Positions 1-14,705 of a stretch of 64,000 nt of DNA are shown in pieces. The notes beneath the pieces were generated by a model. The model was given only the letters and a program-made list of their open reading frames with translations, did no database searches and had not been told where the DNA came from. The stretch is from the human T2T-CHM13v2.0 reference genome, Homo sapiens. The stretch is taken from assembly GCF_009914755.1 (NCBI RefSeq), contig NC_060926.1, one strand, 5' to 3'. Made by a program: the position numbers and the translations under genes. Within the stretch, counting starts at the first letter, position 1; every line of letters begins with the position of its first letter.

Positions 1-244
1 ATGATCATGGCTCACTGGGGCTTTGACCTCCTAGACTCAAGCGACTCTCCCACCTCAGCTTCCTGAGTAGCTAGGACCGCAGGTTCACACCACCACACCC
101 AGCATTTTTTTTTTTTTGTATTTTTTGTAGAGATAGGGTTTAGTCATATTACTCAGGTTGGTCTCAAACTCCTGGGCTCAGTGATCCACTTGTCTTGGCC
201 TCCTGAAGTGCTAGGATTACCAGTGTGAGCCACCTTGGCAGTCC
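1..244 (-). mobile_element. AluJ-type SINE, cut by window start
   Basis: Antisense Alu sequence (ctcactg...ctcaagcga...gagtagctagg...gtgagccacc) with T-rich middle linker; divergent J-type positions. Confidence 0.85.
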
Positions 245-1525
245 AGTTTACACCTTCTTTACAACACTATTTTTATACAATTATCTATTTTGTGAGGGTT
301 ACTTTAGTTAATAGCTAATGGAAACCATAAATCTACTTAACTGGATGCACATATACTGAAACACAAACAATGAACTGCAAGCCGATGAAACCGATGAGGA
401 TGCCATTGTCAATCCCTTGTTGACTTGACCGTCTCATGTATGGACTCAGTGAGGGCCCATTATAAATTCATACATTAAGTACTAATAGAGCTTAATCTGT
501 TTTGTATTTGTTTGGATAAAAATCAATAGAAATAGAAGTATCAGTATTTTCTTTCTCACCCTGTGGGGCATCTTGTGGCACTTTTTGGAGTGTGTGCACC
601 CTCCTAAAAAGCACATGACCTGGAAAATGGAGCCTCTACTCCTTGGCAGGCTGCCTGTGGCCTGGCCGCAGCCCCTCCATGCCCCTCCAGTCTCACCTCT
701 CACACACTTTGAATGAAGCACCCCATTCTTTTATGGTAACAGACTCATTCCTGGCTCTTTTCCAGCACATCCTCTGACTGTTCTCTCACCTCTAAGGTGG
801 TTACCAGCTGATGTCTTAGCTCATGTGTTTTCTCTTCCTGGAATTTATTCCCAGGATAACACTCACTCATCTTTCAAGACTCATCTCAGTACACTGAACC
901 TTTCCCATCCAAGACTGGATGAAGTGCCTTTTGCCTGTACTCTATGACCCCCGATGATCCCAGAATCTTATCACTTAGCTGCACGCATAGCATCTTATCC
1001 CTATTGATTTGACTTCTCCAGGAAACTGTAAGCCTTTTGAAGACTGTAATTCTAATTTACTCACTTATGTAATCCTGTGCCTTCCACAGCACCTGGCACA
1101 TAGAACATTTTCTCTATTGAAGTGAAACTGACTATCCCTATTACAGCATCCGTCACTTGGGAGGGAGAGCCCCTGCTGTCCCAATCCTATCATCCTCCAG
1201 GACTTTGTGGTTTATCAGTGCATACAGTGTGTCACCTACTGACCCCTGGCAAACTGAGCATTTGCTGGTGGACCTTTAGTGAGCACCAGGAGGGAGAAGA
1301 AATTTCAGTTAAGCATTTTGCAAACATCTGTCTGAGGACTGACTAATGTTGGCCTAGGGTCCATGACAAGTTTCCACTGGTCTGGGGTAAAGGACAAGGA
1401 AGACATTCTCATAAAGCTAAATTGATTCAGTTTGAAGGACTGTTTTTTTTAAATCTCAAATTATGTTCTTCCTGTGACTTTGGTTAAGAGACTTTCTTCC
1501 TGAATTGATGATAATGGTGATAGGA

Positions 1526-1527
<2 letters not shown>

Positions 1528-1559
<32 letters not shown>

Positions 1560-1574
1560 TGTGCTTGCGTGTGT
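1528..1574. repeat. (TG)n microsatellite, intronic
   Basis: Direct reading: about 14 perfect TG units then degenerate units. Confidence 0.95.
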
Positions 1575-1994
1575 AGGTATCCTTAATTGGCAAAATTAAA
1601 AACCAAGAGCCTTATGGAAATTCCCAAAGTAGTTTAGATATTTTCCTTTCTTATTAAATTCACTGGCCTGGCATCAAAAACATGACCTGGAAAGGAAAGT
1701 GTATGTAAGGGGCAGGCCAAGTCTGTGGGTAACTAAGAGAAAGACCTCTGTAAGGGTTAGAGCAGAAGGCAGAGGCTCTAGCCACAGCTCCGCCCTGAAA
1801 GCAGTGACCTGGGGTCATAGACTTTTCTTCTTGGCGCTGAGGCTTGTTCATTCGTAATCAAGGCAAATGCTTAGCTGACCTCCAAGGTGCTCACCTGTTC
1901 TCCTGGTCTTAGGTTCCTGATGTTTCCATGGCTTCCTTGGCTGAAAGTTGTATGGAGGAGTCCTTACGTATTTGACATTCCATTTTCTCTGCAG

Positions 1995-2126
1995 ACCCTG
2001 TCCTACAACAAATACAACCTCAAACCCCAAACAAGTGAGAAGCAGGCTAAAGAGATTCTGATCCGCCGCCAGAACACCTTAAGGGAGAGCATGAAGAAAG
2101 GTCACAGCCTGCCCTGGGGAAAGCCG
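1995..2126 (+). CDS. SLC9A4: SLC9A4 (NHE4) internal coding exon (probably exon 10 of 12), 132 nt, phase 0/0
   Basis: Acceptor ttttctctgcag| at 1994 and donor ccg|gtacat at 2127. Translates [44 protein letters not shown], matching the recalled NHE4 tail and similar to NHE2 ([20 protein letters not shown]). Confidence 0.95.
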
Positions 2127-2851
2127 GTACATTGGGGCTGGGGACTGGGACATTCCTTCAGTGTGCAAGTGTTTGTCATCTGCTGAGCCTGTTCCTGTAC
2201 AGGATCTCACATGCATGACCATCGATGCTTAAACAAACAAAACCCCACCTTGTTACCTGAGAGATACTAAAGCAAGAGTGCAGGACACCAGAGCAACCTT
2301 TTTCTCTGGGTTCAGGGCCCCAAGGCATCTGCCCATAGGGTGCTTCCCTCCACAGTGGGTCAGGGACTGCCACACACTTGGTGTGCTATGAGTCCAGACA
2401 CAGACCTTATGGTGACCAGGTACTGACCATGCCCTTCAGTCCTCATGGTCAGTACCTGGTCACCATGGGGTCTGGGTCTGGACCAGACCCTCTGATCCCA
2501 GGATGCTTACTTCTCTCCCAAGAAGGTATAGGAAGGGATTGGTTGTTACCAAGACTCCTGGGTCACCTTCACATCAGCCACTGTGTTCCTGCACTCTTCC
2601 CATTGGAGGCCATAACAAACCAGTCTTACTGGCAATTTGAATGGAGGCTGGGTGAGAAGCAGACCTTAATCTCAAGCCTAACCTCAGTGGGGATACGAGA
2701 GTAACTTTGAAAGGTTGCTAATGGTCTATTTTATCATGAGAGGGGAAGGAAATACATGTTGGAGACTGGCGTGTTCTGCTTTCTCAAAACAAAAAAACTA
2801 AAAGCCAGTAATCCAAACAAGATGCCACAGAACAGGTCTGTGTTCTTCCCC

Positions 2852-3158
2852 TTATTTTATTATATTAGTTTTGAGACAGAGTCTCGCTCTGTCACCCAGA
2901 CTGGAGTGCAGTGAGTGGCGCGATCTCAGCTCACTGAAACCTCTGTCTCCCGGGTTCATGCGATTCTCCTGCCTCAGCCTCCTGAGTAGCTGGGATTACA
3001 GGTGCCCGTCTCCACGCCCTGCTAATTTTTGTATTTTTAGTAGAGACGGGGTTTCACCATGTTGGCCAGGCTGGTCTTGAACCCCTGACCTCAGGTGATC
3101 CGCCCTCTTCTGCCTCCCAAAGTGCTGGGATTACAGGCGTGAGCCACAGTGTCTGGCC
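2852..3158 (-). mobile_element. AluS, antisense, intronic
   Basis: Full dimeric Alu reverse complement (gagacagagtctcgctctgtcaccc...gtgagccac...ggcc). Confidence 0.95.
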
Positions 3159-3229
3159 CTTTATTTGCCATGTGAAGCTCTTAATTGAGACAGCTTATTC
3201 TGCTTTTTCTTTCTACTTGCTACCCACAG

Positions 3230-3317
3230 GCTGGCACCAAGAATATCCGCTACCTCTCCTACCCCTACGGGAATCCTCAGTCTGCAGGAAGAGACACAAG
3301 GGCTGCTGGGTTCTCAG
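3230..3317 (+). CDS. SLC9A4: SLC9A4 internal coding exon (probably exon 11), 88 nt, phase 0/1
   Basis: Polypyrimidine tract plus cacag| acceptor and donor tcag|gtaagc. Encodes [29 protein letters not shown] plus 1 nt, in frame with both flanking exons. Confidence 0.95.
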
Positions 3318-3469
3318 GTAAGCTGCCCACCTGGCTGCTCTGCTGCTTTTCTGTAGAGTCAGGTGGTAAATATCTGGGGGTGTGGGCCAAGAGGCAACAT
3401 TAAGAACATTATGTAGGTTACTTACATGATAAGAAAAAGAAGAAAACAACTTCTTTTATAGTTGAAACT

Positions 3470-3645
3470 CGGAACTTTGTTTATGAACACTGAAATTTGA
3501 ATTTCGTATAATTTTTACTTTTCATGAAATATTATCTTCTTTTAATTTTTTTCAGCCCCTTAAAAATGTACTAACCATTTGTAGTTGACATGCCATACAC
3601 AAAGAGGAAGTAGGCCAGATAGAGACCAAGGGTCATAATTTGATC
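3470..3645. mobile_element. MER58-like hAT-Charlie DNA transposon remnant
   Basis: ttaaaaatgtactaaccatt...gccatacacaaa...ggccagat resembles the recalled MER58B consensus. Confidence 0.55.
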
Positions 3646-4289
3646 TCATCTTGAAGAAATGTGAAAGGAGTGTTTCATTGAAGTTCTAATATTCACCCAC
3701 TATTTAAATATGAGCAGAGTTCTCCAAAGCTGGTTTAATTTCACTAAAATGATTTCACCAGATTTACTGATTAAATGTTTTCCATTTAATATTTAATTAT
3801 TAAGTGGAATTCTTAGAATTATTGAAACTTTATTATTCTAATAAAAGCAGTTACTATTTTTATATGTGTATAAAATGATTTGCTATTAGCAAAAGGTGAC
3901 ATAATATATGTAATATGCCGTGTTATCTATTTTTATTTTCCTAATTTTTAAGTGTTAAAATCATGTTGGAAATTCACGTAAACTAAACATAAAGGATTTT
4001 AGTATTTAACCTTTAAGGAGTATATGTAATTACCTCAAAATGAAACTTTTTTTCTGATTTAAAAACATACTTGATACAAAGTCAAAATCATTCAGTAGAG
4101 AAAAGCATAAAAAAAGTTAAAAGCATTTGCAACCCTAATGCCAAGGTATGATCACCATAGAATGTTTTGGTGAGCACCCTTCTAGAATTCTTCCTATACC
4201 TGCCTGATCCCACACTACCCATACTGACACCTCCCTCCACAAAAAAATCACAAAAACATTGCATCATATGATACATAAAAGCAAAGTAT

Positions 4290-5285
<996 letters not shown>

Positions 5286-5371
5286 TAATTTTTTTAAACC
5301 ATCTTCCTGGTACAAATAACCTGGCACTATTTTTGTTATTTGAGTGAGAAAACAAGAAAGTGTCACAGTTC

Positions 5372-5534
5372 TTTCTTTTTTTTTTTTAATTTAAATTTTT
5401 TTAGAAAAAAATCTTAAAAAGGGACAGGGTCTCCCTATGTTGCCCAGGCTGATCTCTAACTCCCGGGCACAAGGGATCCTCCTGCCTCGCCTCCTAACAT
5501 GCTAGGATTATAGGTGTGAGCCACCATGCCTGGA
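5372..5534 (-). mobile_element. FLAM/Alu monomer
   Basis: gacagggtctccctatgttgcccaggct...gtgagccaccatgcctgg with preceding T tract. Confidence 0.8.
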
Positions 5535-6946
5535 CGACAGTTATTTCTTAAGAGATGAGCATCAATACTGCATGCCTATGGTAGCAGGAGATGACCACGG
5601 AGCAGATTCATTTGAACAAATCTTAAATAAGCATTATAAACAAAATACAGCAAAACACTAAAGTACAATACACCTTGCAAAGTGGGGTTTATTCCAGAAT
5701 TTGAGAGTTGTTTAACATTTGGAAACATACATATATTATTCACTAGACTGATAAATAGGTCACAGGATCCTAACCTTTTAATGGATGTCCTCACTAAAGG
5801 ATATCTCAGTCACACTTTCAGTCAAAGCCATAAAATGCCAGGAAGAAATAGACAGGATATATATGAAGGAAAAATAAAATTCTACTTCTCCACACTGTCA
5901 TTTCCGGTCTATAAAGAGGATGATATTGGTTCCCTCCATATGCAATTGTATTGTCCTGATGTGAAGCCAGTCTCATACATGCAGGATACGCATATGAACA
6001 GGTACATAAAGCTGCTAGAGCAGAGTCTGGAACCAAGTAGATGTGCAAGAAATATTAGTCATTATTACTATTACTACTTAGGGACTTAAAGAAGCCTTGA
6101 CATGGGTAAATACAGATGTTCTTGGAAAGAAAGACAACACTTCACCATGTCAGTTCTACATGAATTACTTCAGACTTGGAATGAACTGTTAGTCCCAATG
6201 ATTTCTTTTCTTTCAAATATACTCGACTGGTTCTAAGTTTCATCCAGGTGAACAAAGACAGTGGTTAAACTAGAAATCTGAGGGAAAAGTAATGAAATAG
6301 CACTTATGTTAGCAGTTTTCTTTAATAAGTTTTAAAGATGGGAAATCAGTGCTCTGCAATATGTTATGGGTCATATGTCTGCAGGATTTTAAATACTTGT
6401 TCTTATTTGTCATGGAAACTTATGCCTATTTATGCAGACTCATTTCTGGCTTGCTTGGAATTAACTCTACTGTGAATAATTTGTCATTTCTGTGGTTACG
6501 ATTTATGAAAAATAATAAACCATGATACATTTAAAAAGGATTATAATAGTGATCAGGATAAGGCTGAGATAGTCCTCAATGTGTAATCAAGCACAATTGA
6601 TCATTGGAATCCTTCTCTCCAAACCCAAAGTCTTTCTGCACCAGGAGAATGGCTGGAGGGGATCTAGGGGAGACAGTGGAGAGTCATGTTCTGCAGGCAA
6701 GCAGTCCCTGGCTAACCCACCTGAAACTTGGAGAATGCTTCCCTTCCTAGCTCTCCCCTTGCCCTCCAGGGTCAGGACTTTTCTTGTTCTGGATGTCTTG
6801 GAGCTCCATGCTGGTTTGGGGGACTTCACATGCTTTTCCAGGGCTCTTTTGCCTTTAGGGCTCACTTGGTGTTATAACTAGAGAGGTCTTGACTGGAAAC
6901 CTCTTATATGACCTGAGGCTGCTTAGAATCCATGTGCATCAAGGCA

Positions 6947-7101
6947 GATGAAAAAGCTCTGGAGATGAATGGTGGCAATGGTAACACGACAATGTGAATG
7001 CACTTCATGCAATGAACTGTACACTTATTTATAGTTAGATGAAAAAAATGGTTAAAATGGTCAATTTTATGTTACGTATATTTTACCACAAGTTTAAAAA
7101 A
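6947..7101 (+). mobile_element. L1MB-type 3' end fragment
   Basis: gatgaaaaagctctggagatg..ggtggcaatgg..acaatgtgaatg..ctgtacactt..aaaatggttaaaatggt..ttttatgtta..tattttaccacaa is the typical L1MB terminus. Confidence 0.75.
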
Positions 7102-7947
7102 TGTGGAGGTGGGGAGTGTTGCACTCCGAGTCTGGGTGTCTGAACAGTGTATCCTGCATCAGGTAGTTCATCCTCTGTGTGTTGGGGCCCGCCCTGCGCT
7201 GAGCAGAAGCACCTTCCTTATTTCTCCTTTCATGCCAGGGTGCCCATGTCCAGAAGTTAAGGCTTTTGGTCAGGTGGGAGGTAAAAGAACACATACTCAG
7301 ATTTTGTTGCCAAAGTATCCACTGCTCTGCCTGGAACTGCACTACCTGGGTGCCCATGTGGAGGAGAGTTATGCGAAAAGGACAAAACACAGTCCTCACT
7401 CTTCCTTTTTCTGCCTTCTGCTTTCCAGCCAACTTATTCCTTCAATTTTGGGCAGCTCTCAGCCGAGTGAAACTTTGCAAGTCACATACCCATGCCTCTT
7501 CCTAGAGCTTGGAGTCCACTGTAAAATAACCCAGAGGGTGATCAGGAAACCAAAACAGTGACCAGGGTCTGTCCACTGATGGAGCACTCAACAGGAAAGG
7601 TTGGAGTGAAAGAACAGGGTTTGGGGGCAGAAGCCTCCAGGCCATTGTTTCCTTAGCTAGTGCTTCAAGCACCAAGGATCCAGAGGAACTGGTCCCAGGC
7701 CTTGTTGTAGAGAACATGTTAAAGGAGAGTCAGGGAGAAAAAATGGACAGATATATAGATATATTAATTAATGTTTTCTTTATTGAAAGAAGTTGGTCTC
7801 CTTTGGCCAATTTCCAAGTTAGCTTCTTAGTATAATTTGGTCACATTTTAGAAAAACATTATTGAACAGGATATTTTAAGATTTTCAGGTGTCCCACATT
7901 CTAAATACATTTTTTCAAGTGTAAATCTTTGGGCATATTCATTCTAG

Positions 7948-8226
<279 letters not shown>

Positions 8227-8529
8227 TAGGAGAATTTTTAAAGGGAAAATAAATTTATAAGGCTAAGACTTTGAAGAAGTGAGAGTAAATGATATATGTG
8301 AGAAATATTCCTTTGAAGATGTGTGCACATTGAAGTGGGGACAAGACAATGTCCCAGGCATCGGTTAGGGGTCTGGAAGAGAATCCAAGAGGGGACATTG
8401 CATAGACAGCTGCTGGCTCCCCTCTCATGAGGTAGCCCTCCCTCTTACACGTGGATACACCAAGGAGACAGCAAGGAGACCTGATGGTAAGAAGTGGATT
8501 TGAAGCTGGATAGGCTCTGCTCAAACTCT

Positions 8530-8700
8530 GGTCCCATATTCACCAGCTTATGATATTGAGTATTGCTTAAGTTCGTGAAACCTCAGCCACTTTACCTGTG
8601 AGATTCATAACTTTACTCACCCGAAAGGGCCGCTATGAGGATTCAATGGCATGATATATTTAAAAGGATTAGCACAGTGACAGGCATATAGTAAATTATC
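8530..8700 (+). mobile_element. MIR remnant
   Basis: Degenerate MIR core and 3' end (tgaaacctcag...tgaggattcaatgg..atgatatatttaaaagg.ttagcacagtg..ggcatatagtaa). Confidence 0.6.
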
Positions 8701-9300
8701 AGGAAAGGGAAGTTCCCATCAAGTGCCATTCACAGTCTGTCACCTGCTTAGTCCTCTGAAAGGAGGGCATCCGGTCACGCCCTGGTCTCTGCTGTGGCTC
8801 CCTTCTATCCCCCTTTCTCCAGGATTGACTTTTTCTATATCAAAGATTGGAACTCAGATGTAATGCTTTCTGGTAACCACTGATTAAAAAGCAAACCAAG
8901 ATAAAAGCAACCACTTTCAGATGGCTGCACCACATAACCTGTGTGTAGCATTGGCTTTGGACAAGACCAAGCATCTTTGTGTCCCATGGTTTATGTCTAT
9001 GGCCAACTGATCTGATTCTGTAAAAAGACACTACCTTACTTACCTGGGGAGACTGGCTTGATACAGCATTTTGCATGCATTTCTATTTATTTATGACACT
9101 GCACTTATAGCTTCTGTCCTCCCATCTGCTTGGGGCAGTGTCCTTGAGAAGGAAAAATTGTGCTGATAAGAAAGTTGAGTGTAGAGCTGAAACCTCAGGA
9201 AGAGCTTTGCTTCACTCTGAGTTCCTGCCATGTGGATATTAAGTCTTAACTCTGATCTTAAGTCTTGTTCTTTCCCCTTCTTGCCATGATGTTTTCCTAG

Positions 9301-9659
9301 ATGATGACAGCAGTGATCCAGGATCCCCATCCATCACGTTCAGCGCATGCTCTCGGATAGGGTCACTTCAGAAGCAAGAGGCACAAGAAATAATACCAAT
9401 GAAGAGCCTACACAGAGGAAGGAAGGCATTCAGCTTTGGTTATCAAAGAAACACAAGCCAAGAAGAGTACTTGGGTGGAGTAAGGAGGGTGGCCTTAAGA
9501 CCCAAACCTCTGTTTCATGCAGTGGATGAGGAGGGTGAGTCTGGAGGGGAGAGTGAGGGCAAGGCCTCTTTGGTTGAGGTTCGGTCGAGGTGGACAGCTG
9601 ACCATGGACACGGCAGGGACCATCACAGGTCCCATAGTCCTTTGCTCCAAAAAAAATAG
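9301..9659 (+). CDS. SLC9A4: SLC9A4 last coding exon (C-terminus of NHE4)
   Basis: Acceptor ttttcctag| at 9300; G+AT completes the Asp codon. Reads DDDSSDPGSPSITFSACSRIGSLQKQEAQEIIPMKSLHRGRKAFSFGYQ...DHGHGRDHHRSHSPLLQKK with TAG at 9657-9659, matching the recalled NHE4 C-terminus. Confidence 0.96.
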
Positions 9660-10454
9660 TGTTATTGTCCACAAGATTGTTTTGGTGTTTCTCAAGAGTC
9701 TGTCTTCCTATAACTGTGAAAGGAGGATTTCTGGAATTCAGAAGAGAGCTATTGAGTTTGCTGTGTTGAAGCTATTAAACATGGATCTATAAGCAGCAGG
9801 AAGATTTTTTCCAAGGACTGGGAGCAAACTTGCAGGCTCTGCCATGTACTTATTGTGGGGTACCTTTAGATGAATTCCCTGTGAGTGAGAGAAGTTGATC
9901 ACCCCAGGAATTAGTCACTAAGAATTCCTAAGAACTTTCTATCAAAAGCATTGGATCCAAGCCATATATTGAAATACAAGCGTGATTAATCAGTAATTCA
10001 CATTGCCGATATGCATATGCAACTTATAATCAAATAGAACTAGAAGAGACTTTGAAGTCACCTGACTCAGCCCCTTGTGTTTACAGACAAGGACATGTAG
10101 TCCAAGGTTGCATGGTGAGTTCACAGTCGGATTGTCCTCCCTCCAAACTGAAACTAATTTGATTTTGATTTCATATTCAATATGCAATAATTATGTTCTA
10201 TCAGAGATAAAATTTGTTATGAATTTGCTTTATTTAATCAGTAGCAATGATAGATGTGATGCATACTATAGGATTAATCTGTGAACAATGGGTTTACGGT
10301 CTATTTCATAATTGAAATATTTATTTTAAAAATGAATATTAGAAACAAAACAGCCATAAACAGAGTTTAATAGCAATGATGTTAACAACAAGTATTTATA
10401 AGGGGTGCATTTGTAGGGTGTGACATTTTACCCTAGGGTATAAAACTATTTTTC

Positions 10455-11652
<1,198 letters not shown>

Positions 11653-12566
11653 TGACCTTGAATCTCAAATTCCAGCTCTTCAATTTTACTAGATCACTTT
11701 ATCTTTCCTCGCTTTTTGTCTTCTCTTCCAACTTCCCTTTCTTCTTCTGGCCACCAGTAGGTTAACAAACATTTATTGGGCCAAATAACTAACCTACGAT
11801 ATGCAACTAACCAAATACCCTTTTGCCATCACTGGCATCTGTACCATCCTCAGCTGATTTAATCTTATATGTCATTAAAGGCCATGACCAAGGGCATCCT
11901 GCTCCCTAGACCAGCCTTTACCTTCTCCCTTGGTGCCCCCACACCCCTTCGGGTATGCTATGTACCTTATCTGTGAATTATGTCTATGCATGCACACATA
12001 GGTCTGTTCTGGTGGTCAGTGGGCTGAAGGACAGGGAGGACAGTTTGTTCATTTTAAATTTTATCCATTTATCTGTTGTGTTTTTTATCTCACCCCTTTA
12101 CCTATTTTGTATTTTTTGGCTTTTTTTCATCTTTTTCTGTTATCGGTTATCATAGTGCCTCACGCATGGTAGATTGTAAATGTTAAACTGACAGTAGCAT
12201 TTTAGAGCTGTAATGGACATTAGAAAAGGTGCTGTCAGGCATTTTTATTTTGTAGATGATAAAAATGAGATCTTGAGATGGTCTCTGATGCCAACTCAGA
12301 GTTTGTTTTTCCTTGAAGGATGCTTGCTTGTCCTCTAGTATAACCCATGGGTGCTAGTTACTGACTAAAGACACGTGTTTTCTCCTGAATGTATCTTTTT
12401 TTTAATGACTTGAACTCATTTTCCTGCTGCAGTGGTAGAAATGCCATCAAAGAAGCCCATTTGTCTTTCTCCTTCCGAACCTGAAATATAAAGCTGCTTC
12501 TAAATTGTCTAAATATCTTGATTTTAATAAAAATTATGCACTATCAAATAACAGCAATCAGCCTAA

Positions 12567-12953
<387 letters not shown>

Positions 12954-14489
12954 TAAAGAAACAAGCAACAAACAACAACAGAAAAAAACTGTGTCCCATG
13001 AAAGAAAGGCAGTGGGCCATTATCCTTGAACTATAGATGGAGATATAGCAGCGGAGAGAAGTCATCAGAATTAACCTTTCCAGTGCCATTAAGAAAATGA
13101 ACTCTTCAGACCTGAAGCGTCCCCACATCCCTTACTGGACTCTATCCATACAACAACAGAAATCCATTGCAAAGGGCCCTTCCCGGAGCAGCCAGCAAGG
13201 TCTAAGAATCAGTGGACTCTATCTAAACTATCCTGTTTTACTCTGAGATGCTGGTGCCATTAAGGTGAGGCGTGGTATGACTTAGTAGAGTAGAACTTTA
13301 CCTTTTAGTTGGTAGAGGTCATAACGGAGTTGTTTTCCCCAAGGGCATTTGTTCATCTAGACAGACAGACATGGCTGTTCAAGCCTGGAAAGAGGCCCTG
13401 AAGCTACTTCCTAAAACTTGTGGCAAGTTGAGGGCCCCCTTGATGCTGTGATGCTGCTGGCTCTGTCAGACATGGAGAGCGCACGGCCAAAATGGCCTCT
13501 GTATTTCATCATCCACTATTGTCTGAAAATGCAGTGTGATCTGATCTTCCCTCCATACTCTCTGGAAGGACAGTGCACTTTGGAGATTGGTTGAGTGTAC
13601 AGCAGCTAGCCCAGGAATGCTCTGATTATCAATTTCACATGATGAGTTTTTCCAGGAGGCATCCAGTAGTGCAGCAGAGGGGATATTCTCTTGAGTGTCA
13701 AGGACACCTGGTGCTTCTTCCCTACTTCCCTCTGAAAGGAAATTAAATTGCATTAAGTTTCCTATTTTGAGCCTGGCTTCTGGTACACTAAGCAGTCAAA
13801 CATTCTCTGCCAATGGACCCAAAGAATTTGTCCTTTTATTTTCAATCTAAAAAAAAATATGCACAACACACACAATCCTAATTTTCCTCTGAGAGTTTTT
13901 GTTTTGTTTTGTTTGTCTTTAACTTTCTAAAACCTAGTTGTATTATTAGCCTGAAGGGTCTTGGGTTTCAGTGAATTTCTGAAGTTGAGTAAAATATCAT
14001 TTCCTTTTATTTTTCCTATATAGTAGCCTTCCACTTTAAAGATTGTCCACACATTTCTGGTGTTTGGGATATGATAAGTGTTCTTATTCATCCTCCTCAA
14101 GTCTGACATGATGCCATGGGCACCTCTCCTGTCTTTAACCTACCTGCTAGAACAGAAACATTGGCCTATAAGGGAATCCGCTATGACAAAGTAAAGAATG
14201 AGATTCTGGACACTTTACTACATTTCGTTTCCTTTATTCTTTTCTTTCTCTCACAAAGGCTCTCTACTGTGCTTCTCTGAAAAAGTTGAAGGGTCATGGG
14301 AGGCAGAGCTGGAATTACTACCCAAATTTCATGATAAAATTACTTTTCCTGTATAAGAGGTGACTACTAAGGCAGAATTCAAGTCTTCAGCCTGGAATGT
14401 TGATTTCAGCTTGCAGAGAAGCCCCGTGAATACGGCCTCACCTGTCAAGAAGCCTGCCACTATGATCATTTAGATTTTCAGTAATATAG

Positions 14490-14705
14490 TTATTTCAAAG
14501 CCCAGGCTATGAAATCAGACCGCTTGTAGCTGTGAGACTTTGGGGAAGTTAATTATCATACTTAAGCTGAAATTTATCAATGGATAAAATAGGGTAATAA
14601 TTTTATCTACCTCATAGAATGATTGTGAGGATTAAATGAAATAATACATGTAAAATTCTAAGCTTAGTTTTTTTTAATAGAAGAGTTTGATCACTATTAG
14701 CTATA
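14490..14705 (+). mobile_element. MIR remnant
   Basis: tagctgtgagactttggggaagtt...aaaatagggtaataat..tctacctcatag..gattgtgaggattaaatgaaataatacatgtaaa is the MIR core. Confidence 0.75.

Noticed and set aside
5682-6089. 135-aa intronic ORF
   Set aside because: Its 5' part resembles an L1 ORF2 remnant (gtggggtttattccagaat) and its 3' part MIR/L2 tail sequence; not a gene.
7094-7561. 152-aa and 112-aa overlapping ORFs in the SLC9A4 intron
   Set aside because: No recognisable domain, the longer one has a non-ATG start, no convincing exon structure; expected by chance.
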